A DNA stretch of 64,000 bases from Hyphomicrobium sp. (GTDB taxonomy: Bacteria; Pseudomonadota; Alphaproteobacteria; Rhizobiales; Hyphomicrobiaceae): contig JALOTA010000027.1 of the NCBI GenBank assembly GCA_025458125.1, forward strand, positions 1,874-65,873, read 5' to 3'. The first letter of the stretch is position 1; each line of letters opens with the position of its first letter. Of the stretch, positions 35,343 through 45,278 are shown piece after piece. The notes under the pieces were generated by a model that was not told the DNA's origin, did not search any database, and saw nothing but the letters and a program-made list of their open reading frames with translations. A program made the position numbers and the translations under genes.

Positions 35343-36056
35343 ATGCCGGAGTACGACCGCATCGTAATTCTGACCGGCGCGGGCATCAGTGCCGAATCGG
35401 GAGTCCCGACGTTCCGCGACAAGGGTGGAATCTGGGCAAAATACGATTACCGGGACGTGGCGACGCCGGAGGGCTTCGAGAAGAACCCTCAGCTCGTTCA
35501 CGAGTTCTACAACATGCGGAGGCGGGCGCACCAAAGCGTGGCGCCGAATGCCGCGCATTACGCGCTTGCCCTTCTCGAGCAGACCTATCCTGGAACCGTG
35601 ATGCTGGTAACGCAGAACGTGGACCAACTGCACGAACAGGCCGGCTCGCAAAACCTCATACACATGCACGGCGAAGCGCTCAGGGCATGGTGCCTCGGCT
35701 GCGGTTCCCGCATGCCGTGGACCGGAGATATGTTCCTCGAAACGTCCTGCCCCAAATGCGAAGAGGCCGGGACGCTGAGGCCGGATGTCGTGTGGTTCGG
35801 CGAGGAGCCTTATCACATGGAGCGCATCCTGAAAGAACTGGAAGCGGCCGATCTTTTCATTTCCATCGGCACGAGCGGTAACGTCTACCCGGCGGCGGGT
35901 TTCGTGCAGGTCGCATCGGAGTACGGCGCGCATACCGTCGAATTGAACCTGGAGCCCTCCGAAGGCCGTTCGCATTTTGCCGAAGCCGTCCACGGACCGG
36001 CGACGGAGGTCGTTCCGGCTTACGTGCGCCGTCTTCTCGATGCGGTTCTCACCTAA
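35343..36056 (+). CDS. cobB: NAD-dependent protein deacylase (sirtuin, CobB type)
   Basis: 237 aa with LTGAGISAESGVPTFRD, QNVDQLHEQAG, a Zn ribbon (C..C...C..C) and GTSGNVYPAAGF motifs. Confidence 0.9.
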   Translation: MPEYDRIVILTGAGISAESGVPTFRDKGGIWAKYDYRDVATPEGFEKNPQLVHEFYNMRRRAHQSVAPNAAHYALALLEQTYPGTVMLVTQNVDQLHEQAGSQNLIHMHGEALRAWCLGCGSRMPWTGDMFLETSCPKCEEAGTLRPDVVWFGEEPYHMERILKELEAADLFISIGTSGNVYPAAGFVQVASEYGAHTVELNLEPSEGRSHFAEAVHGPATEVVPAYVRRLLDAVLT

Positions 36057-37279
36057 CGGGTGAAGACTGTAACCGCCTCGACGTGCGGGGAGTAGATGAA
36101 CTGATCGATGGGCGTCACCGGGCCCATACGAAAACCGCCGTCGATGAGCGTGCGCGCATCGCGGGCCAGCGTCGCCGGGCAGCACGAGACGGCGATGACA
36201 ACGGGAACCTTCGACCGGGCGAGGCGCTCGCTTTGCTCGGCAGCACCCGCGCGAGGCGGGTCGAGGATCACGGCGTCGAACGCCTCGAGTTCCTTGGGGG
36301 AGAGCGGTTCGCGGAACAGGTCTCTGACCCGAGCATCTATAGGCTTCAGCCCAGCCGTGCGCCGGAACGCGGCTTCGAGCACGGCGATAGCGCGTCGATC
36401 GCTGTCGAAGGCCGATACCTGCACCTTTTTCGCGAGCGGGAACGTAAACGTGCCCAGGCCCGAGAAGAGATCGGCAACGCGTTTTGCCTTGCGCGGCAGT
36501 GCATCGAGAACGAGGCTGGTCATCGAGCGCTCGGCCTCGGGAAGCGCCTGCAGGAACAGCGAAGGCGGAACATCGACCTCGGCACCGCCAATCATGAGGC
36601 GCGGTTCAGCACGTATCACGATCGCGTCTCCGGCGACGGTCAGACGCGCTGCTCTTGCCGTCTCGGCCAACTGCGCAAGGGCGGTGCGTTCGTCCGGCTT
36701 CAGCATCTTGTGGCCGTTGTCGAAGGAGATATCGAGACCGGTATCCAGCCGCGAAACGATGAGGCGTCCGCTTGCGTTTCCGGGCATGGCGATCCGTGCC
36801 ATCGCCTTCAAGTGCGGAAACGCCGCCATGATGGATGGATCGAGCAACAGGCACTCTGTGATATCGACCAGCGAATGCTGGCCTTCTTCGCGAAAGCCGA
36901 TCATCACCTCATGTCCGCGGCGCTCGACGCCGAGAAAGGCCCGGCGCCGGGACCGCAGCGGCATCCGCCGCACGGGTTCGATGCCGGCCTTGATGCCCCG
37001 ATGATGGAATGCGTCGCGGACGATCTGCTGCTTCCATTCGAAATAGAGGCGTTCGCTCATGTGCTGGGCCATGCAGCCGCCGCACGTTGAAAAGTGTGGA
37101 CACGGCGGAGCAACGCGGTCCGGGCTGTCCGAGACGCGGCGCAGCAGACCATCCTCCGGCCAGACCCAGCGCTCCCCCGGCAGGCCGCCGGCGACATAGC
37201 GCTCGCCCGATTGCGTCGGCACGATGCCATCGCCCTTCGCGCCTAGTCTCTCGATGACGAATTCCGTCTCATCCGCCAT
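36053..37279 (-). CDS. class I SAM-dependent RNA (uracil-5-)methyltransferase, RumA/TrmA-like
   Basis: Start at MADETEFVIERLGAKGDGI (ATG 37279). A Cys cluster (CPHFSTCGGC) is followed by DLFSGLGTFTFPLA, ILDPPRAG and a C-terminal SCCPATLARD. Confidence 0.8.
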   Translation of the reverse strand: MADETEFVIERLGAKGDGIVPTQSGERYVAGGLPGERWVWPEDGLLRRVSDSPDRVAPPCPHFSTCGGCMAQHMSERLYFEWKQQIVRDAFHHRGIKAGIEPVRRMPLRSRRRAFLGVERRGHEVMIGFREEGQHSLVDITECLLLDPSIMAAFPHLKAMARIAMPGNASGRLIVSRLDTGLDISFDNGHKMLKPDERTALAQLAETARAARLTVAGDAIVIRAEPRLMIGGAEVDVPPSLFLQALPEAERSMTSLVLDALPRKAKRVADLFSGLGTFTFPLAKKVQVSAFDSDRRAIAVLEAAFRRTAGLKPIDARVRDLFREPLSPKELEAFDAVILDPPRAGAAEQSERLARSKVPVVIAVSCCPATLARDARTLIDGGFRMGPVTPIDQFIYSPHVEAVTVFTR

Positions 37280-38003
37280 CGCGTACGATCCCCATGAGGT
37301 ATTCCATGTTGCCCGATCCTCCTTCGATCGGCGACGGGATGATCTCGAGCAGCCGCCATTCCGGAGTCGCGGTGACAAGGTCTGCGAGGTTCTGCAAGGC
37401 GCGCCTGCGGGCCGCTTCGTCGCGAACGATACCGCCCTTGCCTATCGACGCTCTGCCGACCTCGAACTGCGGCTTGACCAACGCCACGATCCATCCGCCC
37501 GGCTCACTTATGCGCATGAGATGCGGCAGAACCTTCTCCAGTGAAATAAAACTGAGATCGGCGACGACGGCATCGACGCGCGTACCCGGCTCGAAGGTCC
37601 GGATGTCCGCGTTCTCGATCGACACCACTTCCGGCCGGGCCGCGATCCTGGGATGGAGCTGCCCGTGTCCCACGTCCACCGCATACACCCGCGAAGCGCC
37701 GCGTTCCAGAAGGACCTCGGTGAAGCCGCCCGTCGAGGCGCCGGCATCGACAATCGTTCTGCCCATCGGATCGAAGTTGAAGCGATCCAGCGCGGCGACA
37801 AGCTTCAGAGCACCACGGGAGACATATTCCGTGCCAGCCTCCGGCGCGACAGTCAGCCGCGCGGTCTCCGCCGTGGGGGCGCCGGGCTTCGTAACGACCG
37901 CGCCATCGACCGTCACAAGACCCCGGCGAATGGCATCGCGGGCGCGAGATCGGGTCGTCACGAGGCCCTGAGCAGCCAAAAGCTCGTCCAGACGCTTTTT
38001 CAT
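37269..38003 (-). CDS. tlyA: TlyA-family rRNA (cytidine-2'-O)-methyltransferase
   Basis: Start at MKKRLDELLAAQGLVTTRSRARDAIRRGLVTVDG (S4 domain), followed by YVSRGALKL and DAGASTGGFTEVLLERGA. It overlaps the downstream methyltransferase gene by 11 nt. Confidence 0.88.
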   Translation of the reverse strand: MKKRLDELLAAQGLVTTRSRARDAIRRGLVTVDGAVVTKPGAPTAETARLTVAPEAGTEYVSRGALKLVAALDRFNFDPMGRTIVDAGASTGGFTEVLLERGASRVYAVDVGHGQLHPRIAARPEVVSIENADIRTFEPGTRVDAVVADLSFISLEKVLPHLMRISEPGGWIVALVKPQFEVGRASIGKGGIVRDEAARRRALQNLADLVTATPEWRLLEIIPSPIEGGSGNMEYLMGIVRDGG

Positions 38004-38064
38004 GGGACAGGTGTACGCTATCCTGACCGCCGGACAATCACCGCCGCAGCCCCCGGAGACCCCG

Positions 38065-38490
38065 ATGAAGTTGCAATTCGCCGCTGCCCTGCTTCTGTGC
38101 CTGCCTCTTGCCGCTTGTGGCGATAGCGGACCGGCGCGCACGCCCTCGCCGCCCGGCGCCAAGGTCTACTTCATAGAGCCGAAGGATGGCGCGGAAGTTT
38201 CTTCACCGGTCACGGTGACGTTCGGCATCGAGGGAATGGAAGTCGTTCCCGCCGGCACCGACAAGGAGCACAGCGGTCACCATCACGTTCTCATCGACAG
38301 CAAACTCGAAGATGTCGACGCGCCGATCCCCGCCGACGACAATCACAAGCATTTCGGGAAGGGGCAGACCGAAGCTCAGCTTGAACTGACGCCCGGCAAA
38401 CACACGCTGCAACTCGTGCTCGGCGATCACAATCATATTCCGCACGATCCTGTCGTGCAGTCGGAAGTGATCACGATCACGGTGAAATAG
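38065..38490 (+). CDS. DUF4399-domain lipoprotein
   Basis: ATG 38065 follows GGAGA. Lipobox LPLAAC, then VYFIEPKDGAEVSSPVTVTFGIEGMEV.PAG......GHHHVLID and LQLVLGDHNH. Confidence 0.7.
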   Translation: MKLQFAAALLLCLPLAACGDSGPARTPSPPGAKVYFIEPKDGAEVSSPVTVTFGIEGMEVVPAGTDKEHSGHHHVLIDSKLEDVDAPIPADDNHKHFGKGQTEAQLELTPGKHTLQLVLGDHNHIPHDPVVQSEVITITVK

Positions 38491-38517
38491 ACACGGATGT
38501 TTCCGGACGCCGTCAGA

Positions 38518-38557
38518 GCCTCGCATGGGCCGGCCATGCGAGGCATCTTTTTGTCTT
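38518..38557 (+). terminator. Rho-independent terminator after the DUF4399 gene
   Basis: An 11-bp stem, GCCTCGCATGG-gccgg-CCATGCGAGGC, followed by ATCTTTTTGTCTT. Confidence 0.8.
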
Positions 38558-38561
38558 GAAA

Positions 38562-38930
38562 CTACTTGTCGTTGAGAGCCCACGCTCCGGGCCCGTGAGC
38601 GAAGAGCAGCAGAAAGCCGCCGGCGATGGCGAGGTTCTTCAAGAACAGCGCGAACTGGACGTTGTCGGCGAAGTTGCTGTGGAAGATAAGCCCTGCGGCG
38701 ATTGTGAAGAGAGCAAGCGGGATCGCGGCCACTCGCGAATAGAAACCGGCGAAGACCGCCAGACTGCCTAGGATCTCCAGCGCAATGGTGGGCGGCAACA
38801 GAAACGCAGGAACTCCGAACTGCGCCATGTAGCCGGCCGTTGCGGCATAGCCGTAGATCTTGTCCATTCCCGCTAAAAGGAAAATCACGGCCAGAAGTGA
38901 CCGGCCGACAAAGCTTGATGCAGCGACCAT
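38562..38930 (-). CDS. DoxX-family membrane protein
   Basis: 122 aa with four hydrophobic helices: GRSLLAVIFLLAGMDKI...ALEILGSLAVFAG....AAIPLALFTIAAG.IFH. Confidence 0.8.
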   Translation of the reverse strand: MVAASSFVGRSLLAVIFLLAGMDKIYGYAATAGYMAQFGVPAFLLPPTIALEILGSLAVFAGFYSRVAAIPLALFTIAAGLIFHSNFADNVQFALFLKNLAIAGGFLLLFAHGPGAWALNDK

Positions 38931-38953
38931 AGGTACCCCCCGATCACGGCGTC

Positions 38954-40867
38954 TCAGGCCCGCGAGGCCCCGCCCGCTTCCTCCGCCCGGCCGAGTGCGG
39001 CCAGCACGGTGCGCACAATGCCGCCCGAGTCGAGGCCGGCATCCGCATACATCTTCACTGGATTATCCTGCTCGATGAACCGGTCGGGCAGCACCATCGG
39101 CCGCACCTTCAAACCCCGATCGAGCAGATTGTTGACGGCCAGATGGTGAAGCACATGGCTGCCGAACCCGCCGACGGATCCCTCTTCGACGGTGACTAGA
39201 ACTTCGTGCTCACGCGCAAGACGTTCGATCAAGTTCGTATCGAGCGGTTTCATGAAGCGGGCATCGGCAACGGTCGTCGACAACCCCATGGCCGCAAGAT
39301 GATCGGCGGCTTTCAACGCTTCCGTAAGGCGCGTGCCGAGAGACAGGATTGCGATCGTCGAGCCTTCGCGGATCACCCGGCCCTTGCCGATTTCCAGGGG
39401 CACGCCGTCGGCGGGTAGTTCGCACCCGGTGCCCTCGCCGCGCGGATAGCGAAGTGCAGACGGCGCGTTGTCGATCGCGGCCGTCGTGGCGACCATGTGC
39501 ACGAGTTCGGCCTCATCGGCCGCGGCCATGATGACGAAATTCGGCAGACAGCCGAGGTAGGCCAGATCGAACGAGCCTGCGTGCGTGGGGCCGTCCGCGC
39601 CGACGAGGCCCGCGCGGTCGATCGCGAAGCGGACAGGAAGGTTCTGCACCGCCACATCGTGGACCACCTGATCGTAGCCCCTCTGCAGGAACGTGGAATA
39701 GATCGCGGCGAATGGACGGTATCCCTCGGTCGCAAGACCTGCTGCGAAGGTCACCGCGTGCTGCTCGGCAATTCCGACGTCGAACATGCGGTCGGGAAAT
39801 TCCTTAGCGAAGATGTCTAGGCCGGTACCATCGGGCATGGCGGCCGTGACGGCGACGATCCGCTTGTCCTTCCGGGCGGCCGCAGTGAGGCTATCGGCAA
39901 AAACTCGCGTATAGGTCGGCGCATTGGGCTTAGGCTTCACCTGCGCGCCGGTCACGACGTTGAACTTGGCGACGCCGTGATATTTGTCATCCGAAGCTTC
40001 GGCCGGCGCGTAGCCCTTGCCCTTGCGGGTCACGACATGAACGAGGATCGGGCCGCGCTTTGCGTCGCGCACGTTTTTGAGAACGGGCAGCAGCGTGTTG
40101 AGATCATGGCCATCGATGGGGCCGACGTAATAGAAGCCCAGCTCCTCGAACCACATGCCGCCTTGCCAGAGGTGGCGCGTATATTCTTCCATGCGGGCGG
40201 CGCGGCGTTCCCAGCTTTTCGGCAGGCGCTTGGCAAGCTGCTTTGCGACATCCCGCCAATAGAGATACGTGCCGCTCGAAGTCGTGCGGGCCAGATAATG
40301 TGAGAGCGCACCGACGGGTGGCGCGATGGACATGTCGTTGTCGTTGAGAATGACGATCAGGCGTTCATCGCGCGCACCGGCGTTGTTGATGGCTTCATAA
40401 GCCATGCCGGCGCTCATGGCGCCGTCGCCGATCACGGCAACGACGTTGTTCGACTTGCCTTCCAGATCGCGCGCGCAGGCCATTCCGAGTGCTGCGGAGA
40501 TCGACGTGGACGAGTGGCCGGCGCCGAAGGCATCGTACTCGCTCTCGGCCCTGCGGGTGAAACCCGCCAGCCCGCCACCCTGCCGCAGAGTGCGGATCCG
40601 GTCGCGGCGGCCGGTGAGGATTTTGTGCGGGTAGGTCTGGTGACCCACGTCCCACACGATGCGGTCGCGGGGCGTATCGAAGACCCAGTGCAGAGCAACG
40701 GTCAGTTCGATCACGCCGAGTCCGGCGCCGAGATGTCCGCCCGTCACCGAAACAGCGTCGATCGTTTCCAGCCGCAACTCGTCGGCCAGTTGGCGCAGGT
40801 CGCCTTCCGGCAAGCGGCGAAGATCGGCCGGCGACGTGACGGTGTCGAGAAGGGGGGTCTTGCTCAC
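38954..40867 (-). CDS. dxs: 1-deoxy-D-xylulose-5-phosphate synthase
   Basis: 637 aa with [49 protein letters not shown] and [13 protein letters not shown] motifs. Confidence 0.96.
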   Translation of the reverse strand: MSKTPLLDTVTSPADLRRLPEGDLRQLADELRLETIDAVSVTGGHLGAGLGVIELTVALHWVFDTPRDRIVWDVGHQTYPHKILTGRRDRIRTLRQGGGLAGFTRRAESEYDAFGAGHSSTSISAALGMACARDLEGKSNNVVAVIGDGAMSAGMAYEAINNAGARDERLIVILNDNDMSIAPPVGALSHYLARTTSSGTYLYWRDVAKQLAKRLPKSWERRAARMEEYTRHLWQGGMWFEELGFYYVGPIDGHDLNTLLPVLKNVRDAKRGPILVHVVTRKGKGYAPAEASDDKYHGVAKFNVVTGAQVKPKPNAPTYTRVFADSLTAAARKDKRIVAVTAAMPDGTGLDIFAKEFPDRMFDVGIAEQHAVTFAAGLATEGYRPFAAIYSTFLQRGYDQVVHDVAVQNLPVRFAIDRAGLVGADGPTHAGSFDLAYLGCLPNFVIMAAADEAELVHMVATTAAIDNAPSALRYPRGEGTGCELPADGVPLEIGKGRVIREGSTIAILSLGTRLTEALKAADHLAAMGLSTTVADARFMKPLDTNLIERLAREHEVLVTVEEGSVGGFGSHVLHHLAVNNLLDRGLKVRPMVLPDRFIEQDNPVKMYADAGLDSGGIVRTVLAALGRAEEAGGASRA

Positions 40868-41012
40868 GGGGCGCTTTCTATCCTCGGATTGAGATACTGA
40901 AACCGGGCGGCACCGGAAGGCGTGACACTATCGCCAGACCCCGCAAAGACCAAGCCGGCGATCCGGCAAAACGTCGCGCAAAGCTGCCGCAGTTCGCCAG
41001 CAGGCGCCGGTG

Positions 41013-41270
41013 TCACTCCGGGTCGAGAGGCACGGTGCCTTTCGGAGTGCCGTCAGCGCCTAGAGCGATCTTCTCGACCTTGGCTTCGGCTTGACGCAAC
41101 AGGCGGTCGCAATGGTCGCGGAGCGCTTCGCCCCGCTCATAGATGGCGATGCTCTCTTCCAGTTCAACATCGCCACGCTCCAAGCGGGACACGATGCCCT
41201 CAAGTTCCTTGAGAGAACGCTCGAAGGTCATGTCCTTGATGTCGGCGTGAATGTTCGAAGCCTTGGTCAT
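41013..41270 (-). CDS. xseB: exodeoxyribonuclease VII small subunit
   Basis: The internal ATG at 41270 gives [58 protein letters not shown] (85 aa), the classic XseB pattern. Confidence 0.85.
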   Translation of the reverse strand: MTKASNIHADIKDMTFERSLKELEGIVSRLERGDVELEESIAIYERGEALRDHCDRLLRQAEAKVEKIALGADGTPKGTVPLDPE

Positions 41271-41403
41271 CAAATTGAGCCCGGTATTGGAAAAGGCCCC
41301 GCGAACGGGGAGATGGTGCGGAATCTCGCACCCGGAGACCTGGGGATTACCGGTCCGGGCCTCCCGACACAAGTCCCTCCGGACGAGGCGCGCTGGCCGG
41401 CCG

Positions 41404-42354
41404 TCACGCGCCCACATCCATCAGGGTGCGCACATGGACGCCTACGGATTTTGCAAGACCTTCCAGGTCGTACCCCCCCTCCAGCATCGAGACGATGCGG
41501 CGGTTGGCGTGCGCTTCCGCCACGCGGGCGAGCCTCTCTGTCGCCCACATGAAATCAGCTTCGACGAGTTGCAGACCGCCAAGCGGATCGCGGCGGTGGG
41601 CGTCGAAGCCGGCTGAAATCACGATGAGATCGGGACCGAAATCGTGCAGAGGCTTCAAGATGCGGTCGCTGAAGGCCTCGCGGAAATGATCGCCGCCGTC
41701 GCCCTCCCGCAGGGGTGCGTTGAAAATGTTGCCGACGCCCGTTTCGCTCAAATCGCCGGTGCCGGGAAACAGGGGCATCTGGTGGGTCGAACCGTAGAAA
41801 CAGTCCTTGTCGGCCCAGAATATGTCCTGCGTTCCATTGCCGTGATGAACGTCGAAATCGACGACCGCCACGCGTTCGGCTCCATACCTGGACCGGGCGT
41901 ATAGCGCGGCGATGGCGGCATTCGAAAAAAAGCAGAAGCCCATGGCGCGGTCGTTCTCGGCGTGATGCCCCGGCGGACGGACCTGTGCGAACGCGTTGGC
42001 GGCGTGGCCGGACATGACTTCATCGACGGCCTGAAGGCCGGCGCCGACGCCACGAAGAACGGCTTCCCAGGATGCCGGCGACATGACGGTGTCGCCATCG
42101 ATGCGCACGAGGCGGCTTTCGCCCATCGCCTGCTCGCCGACATGGCGCATGCGATCGAAATGATGTTTCGGGTGGGCGAGCAGGATCTGCTGTTCGACGT
42201 CGTCCCGCAGGGGCGCTTCCATTCGCTTCAAGGCCGCATACGACTCGTGCGCCAGAACCTTGTCGATGGCGCGCATCCTGTCGGGGCGCTCCGGGTGGCC
42301 GAAACCGGTGTCGTGATCGGTAAAGCACGGGTGCGTGACGAGGAGGGTTGTCAT
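41404..42354 (-). CDS. histone-deacetylase-family (class II HDAC / acetylpolyamine amidohydrolase-like) protein
   Basis: 316 aa with [35 protein letters not shown] and EGGYDL motifs. Confidence 0.88.
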   Translation of the reverse strand: MTTLLVTHPCFTDHDTGFGHPERPDRMRAIDKVLAHESYAALKRMEAPLRDDVEQQILLAHPKHHFDRMRHVGEQAMGESRLVRIDGDTVMSPASWEAVLRGVGAGLQAVDEVMSGHAANAFAQVRPPGHHAENDRAMGFCFFSNAAIAALYARSRYGAERVAVVDFDVHHGNGTQDIFWADKDCFYGSTHQMPLFPGTGDLSETGVGNIFNAPLREGDGGDHFREAFSDRILKPLHDFGPDLIVISAGFDAHRRDPLGGLQLVEADFMWATERLARVAEAHANRRIVSMLEGGYDLEGLAKSVGVHVRTLMDVGA

Positions 42355-42440
42355 GACCCGGGCGGTCCTTTCTTTCGGCAGAGGGCGGGATGTTACCCAA
42401 CCTGCGGGCCTGTGCGCCAGTCCCCCGGCGGGCTCGCCAG

Positions 42441-43325
42441 TCAGGCTCCGGGCAATGCCAGCGGAACGACCTCCACGCCAGGCGGCGGAGGGGGATCGTC
42501 CGGGACGAAGAAGTCCTGAACCAACGGCTTTGTGGCGTCAACGCGGTAACCGTCGAAGTCGGTTAATCCGCCTTTCTCGAACAGAAAGCTGTCGTCGATC
42601 AGGAATCGGCCGGTCCATTCCCAGGCCGGCTGCGTGAGAACGAGATGCGCCGCATCCGCCATAATCTCGGGCGTCCGGCTCATGGCGATCAGCTGCGACC
42701 CCAGTATGTTTTCGACCGCGGCCGTGGCGATTGCCGTGCGCGGCCAGAGCGCGTTGACGGCGATGCCATCACTCCTGAACTCTTCGGCCATGCCCAGAAC
42801 ACACAGGCTCATGCCGTATTTTGCAATCGAATAAGCGACATGGTGCTTGAACCATTTCGGTCGCAAGTCGAGCGGCGGCGAAAGAACGAGCACGTGGGGG
42901 TTCTCGGCCTTGCGCAGATACGGGACGCAGGTCTTCGTGGTCAGAAACGTGCCGCGCGTATTGATCTCGTACATGAGGTCGAAGCGCTTCATGGTCGTCG
43001 CTTCGGTGCCTGTCGGGGAAAGCGCGGAGGCGTTGTTGATGCAGGCATCGATACCGCCGAACGTCTCGACGGTCTTCGCCACGGCGGCAGCGACCTGTTC
43101 CTCGAACCGGATATCGCAGACGAGCGGCAGAGCGCGGCCTCCCGCCGCTTCGATCGCAGCCGCCGCCGTGTAAACGGTGCCAGGGAGCTTCGGGTTGGGG
43201 TCCGCCGTCTTTGCGGCAATGGCGATGTTGGCGCCGTCGCGCGCCGCGCGCAAGGCGATGGCAAGGCCAATGCCACGGCTCGCGCCGGTTATGAAAAGCG
43301 TCTTGTTCTTCAACGTCGGCATCAC
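42441..43325 (-). CDS. SDR-family oxidoreductase (HSDL2-like)
   Basis: 294 aa with TLFITGASRGIGLAIA, NNASA and YSIAKYG (YxxxK) motifs. Confidence 0.85.
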   Translation of the reverse strand: MMPTLKNKTLFITGASRGIGLAIALRAARDGANIAIAAKTADPNPKLPGTVYTAAAAIEAAGGRALPLVCDIRFEEQVAAAVAKTVETFGGIDACINNASALSPTGTEATTMKRFDLMYEINTRGTFLTTKTCVPYLRKAENPHVLVLSPPLDLRPKWFKHHVAYSIAKYGMSLCVLGMAEEFRSDGIAVNALWPRTAIATAAVENILGSQLIAMSRTPEIMADAAHLVLTQPAWEWTGRFLIDDSFLFEKGGLTDFDGYRVDATKPLVQDFFVPDDPPPPPGVEVVPLALPGA

Positions 43326-43351
43326 TTTCCTCGCGGCTCACCTGATCTTCG

Positions 43352-44122
43352 TCATGACCGATCCTGACCGGCGCGCGAACGGCTCAAGAATGCTTCGAAT
43401 GCTGCACGGGCCTCAGAGGAAGCAAGGCAGCGCGCGAATTCGGCAGCTTCCTCTCGTGTCCGCTCCTGCACCGCCGCGGCGTCGCCGCGCATCAGGCGGC
43501 GAGCGGCGAGCAGCGCCGCCGGCGGCTTTCTCGCCAACCGGTCAGCGGCTGCGAGCACATGGCTTTCGAGTTCTTCGGGCTCGACCAGCAAGTTGACCAG
43601 TCCCGCTCCGCACGCCCGGCCGGCCGAGAACGTTTCGCCAAGGATCAGCATCTCGAACGCGCGGTGATAGCCCATCACGCGGGGCAGCAGCAGGCTCGAC
43701 GCGGCTTCGGGCACGAGTCCAAGGTCAAGGAAGGGCGTGGCGAACGTCGCGCGCGGGGTTGCGTAGACCAGATCACAGTGCAGCAACAGCGTGGTTCCTA
43801 TGCCGATGGCGGCACCGTCCACGCCGGCCAGAAGCGGCTTCGTCAGCAGCGGGAGACGTTCAATGAAGCGCAGCACCTCGCGGGGTGGCCCCGCTTCCCC
43901 CATCGCGGTCGCGAGAAAGTCGGCAATATCATTGCCGGCCGTGAAGTGGCCCTGGCTGCCGAAAATCACGTTGACGCGGATGCCGTCGTCGGCATCGCTG
44001 CGTTCCAATGCCTCGTTGAGCGCGCGGTACATGTCCCGGTTCAGGGCGTTGCGCTTCTCCGGCCGCGTGAGGCGGATCACCTGGACGCCGTCGGTCACGC
44101 CGGTTTGCACGCTCATGGCCAC
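43352..44122 (-). CDS. enoyl-CoA hydratase/isomerase (crotonase) family protein
   Basis: 256 aa with RPEKRNAL, FTAGNDI and GAAIGIGTTLLLHCDLVYA motifs. It lies 26 nt upstream of the SDR gene on the same strand. Confidence 0.85.
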   Translation of the reverse strand: MAMSVQTGVTDGVQVIRLTRPEKRNALNRDMYRALNEALERSDADDGIRVNVIFGSQGHFTAGNDIADFLATAMGEAGPPREVLRFIERLPLLTKPLLAGVDGAAIGIGTTLLLHCDLVYATPRATFATPFLDLGLVPEAASSLLLPRVMGYHRAFEMLILGETFSAGRACGAGLVNLLVEPEELESHVLAAADRLARKPPAALLAARRLMRGDAAAVQERTREEAAEFARCLASSEARAAFEAFLSRSRAGQDRS

Positions 44123-44311
44123 AACCTGCTCTCTCCGCCCGGTCCGCCTGGCAGCGTTTTCATCATATTGCCGACTTGCGCTGAGACCGGCTTGAGTGCG
44201 GCGATGATGTCGTCTAGGGGAGCCTCGATAGCCATACCCATCTCTGATGTCCGATCCTGGGCGACATTAGGCGGCTGGAAGCTGTCGTCATAGACCTGTC
44301 TGGACCCACCG

Positions 44312-45268
44312 ATGCCGATTATGCCGGCCACGCAAGATGCCATCGATAACGCCGGACGCCTGATCCGCAGCGGTGGGCTGGTCGCATTTCCGACCGAAAC
44401 GGTTTACGGCCTGGGCGCCGATGCGACCAACGGCGAGGCGGTGGCCGGCATTTTCGCTGCAAAAGGGCGGCCGAGCTTTAATCCCCTGATCGTTCACGTT
44501 CCGGATCTCGCAGCCGCAGAAGAACTCGGCAGTTTCGGTCCGGAGGCCCGCGCTCTGGCCGCCCGTTTCTGGCCTGGGCCGTTGACGCTCGTGGTGGCGA
44601 GAAAGCACGCCTGTCCGGTCGCCGACCTTGCGACCGCTGGTCTGTCCACCATTGCCCTGCGGGTTCCCAATCATCCTGTCGCGCGCGCGTTTCTCAAGGC
44701 CGCCGGACGGCCGATCGCTGCACCGTCCGCCAATCGTTCTGGCCACGTCAGCCCCACGGCGGCGCGTCACGTCGAAACTGATCTGGGCGAGCGGGCCGAC
44801 ATGATCATCGACGGGGGCGCGACGGTGCATGGCGTGGAATCGACCGTTGTCGACGCTTCAGGGCCGAGGATCATGCTGCTGCGCCCTGGAGCGGTCACGC
44901 AGGAAGACCTGGAACGAGTTGCCGGATATTCCATCGAACGCGCCGAAGCGGTAGCCCTTCAGCCGTCCTCGCCGGGCCAGCTTCTCAGTCATTACGCTCC
45001 GAAGGCGCACTTGCGGCTCGATGCTAAAGAGGCGCTGCAGGGGGAAGCCTTGCTGGCCTTCGGGCGCGCGGTTCCGTCCACGGGCTTCGTGATCAATCTC
45101 AGTCCGGCGGGCGATCTTCTCGAGGCCGCGGCGAACCTGTTTGCAGCCTTGAGGGCTTTCGACGCGGCCGGGTCGGCACGCGTGGCTGTGATGACCATTC
45201 CAGAAACCGGTTTGGGCGCGGCGATCAACGACCGCTTGCGCCGAGCCGCCGCGCCGCGTGCGTGCTAG
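44312..45268 (+). CDS. tsaC: L-threonylcarbamoyladenylate synthase (Sua5/YwlC type: YrdC plus Sua5 C-terminal domain)
   Basis: 318 aa with GGLVAFPTETVYGLGADA, KGRPSFNPLIVH, PSANRSGHVSPT and ESTVVD motifs. Confidence 0.88.
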   Translation: MPIMPATQDAIDNAGRLIRSGGLVAFPTETVYGLGADATNGEAVAGIFAAKGRPSFNPLIVHVPDLAAAEELGSFGPEARALAARFWPGPLTLVVARKHACPVADLATAGLSTIALRVPNHPVARAFLKAAGRPIAAPSANRSGHVSPTAARHVETDLGERADMIIDGGATVHGVESTVVDASGPRIMLLRPGAVTQEDLERVAGYSIERAEAVALQPSSPGQLLSHYAPKAHLRLDAKEALQGEALLAFGRAVPSTGFVINLSPAGDLLEAAANLFAALRAFDAAGSARVAVMTIPETGLGAAINDRLRRAAAPRAC

Positions 45269-45278
45269 AAGGACGGTC

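Noticed and set aside
35343-36056. Sir2-domain gene as a defence-associated SIR2 effector (Thoeris, DSR or pAgo-linked).
   Set aside because: The sequence is a compact CobB-type sirtuin with a Zn ribbon and canonical NAD-binding motifs. It has no partner gene (ThsB/TIR, Ago, HerA) and sits in a housekeeping neighbourhood.
44113-44343. Small ORF (up to 76 aa; plausible 40-42-aa form MGMAIEAPLDDIIAALKPVSAQVGNMMKTLPGG...) upstream of and overlapping the enoyl-CoA hydratase start.
   Set aside because: It has no convincing RBS and no recognisable family. It overlaps the tsaC start region in its long form, and its third-position GC is unremarkable. Evidence is insufficient to call it a gene.
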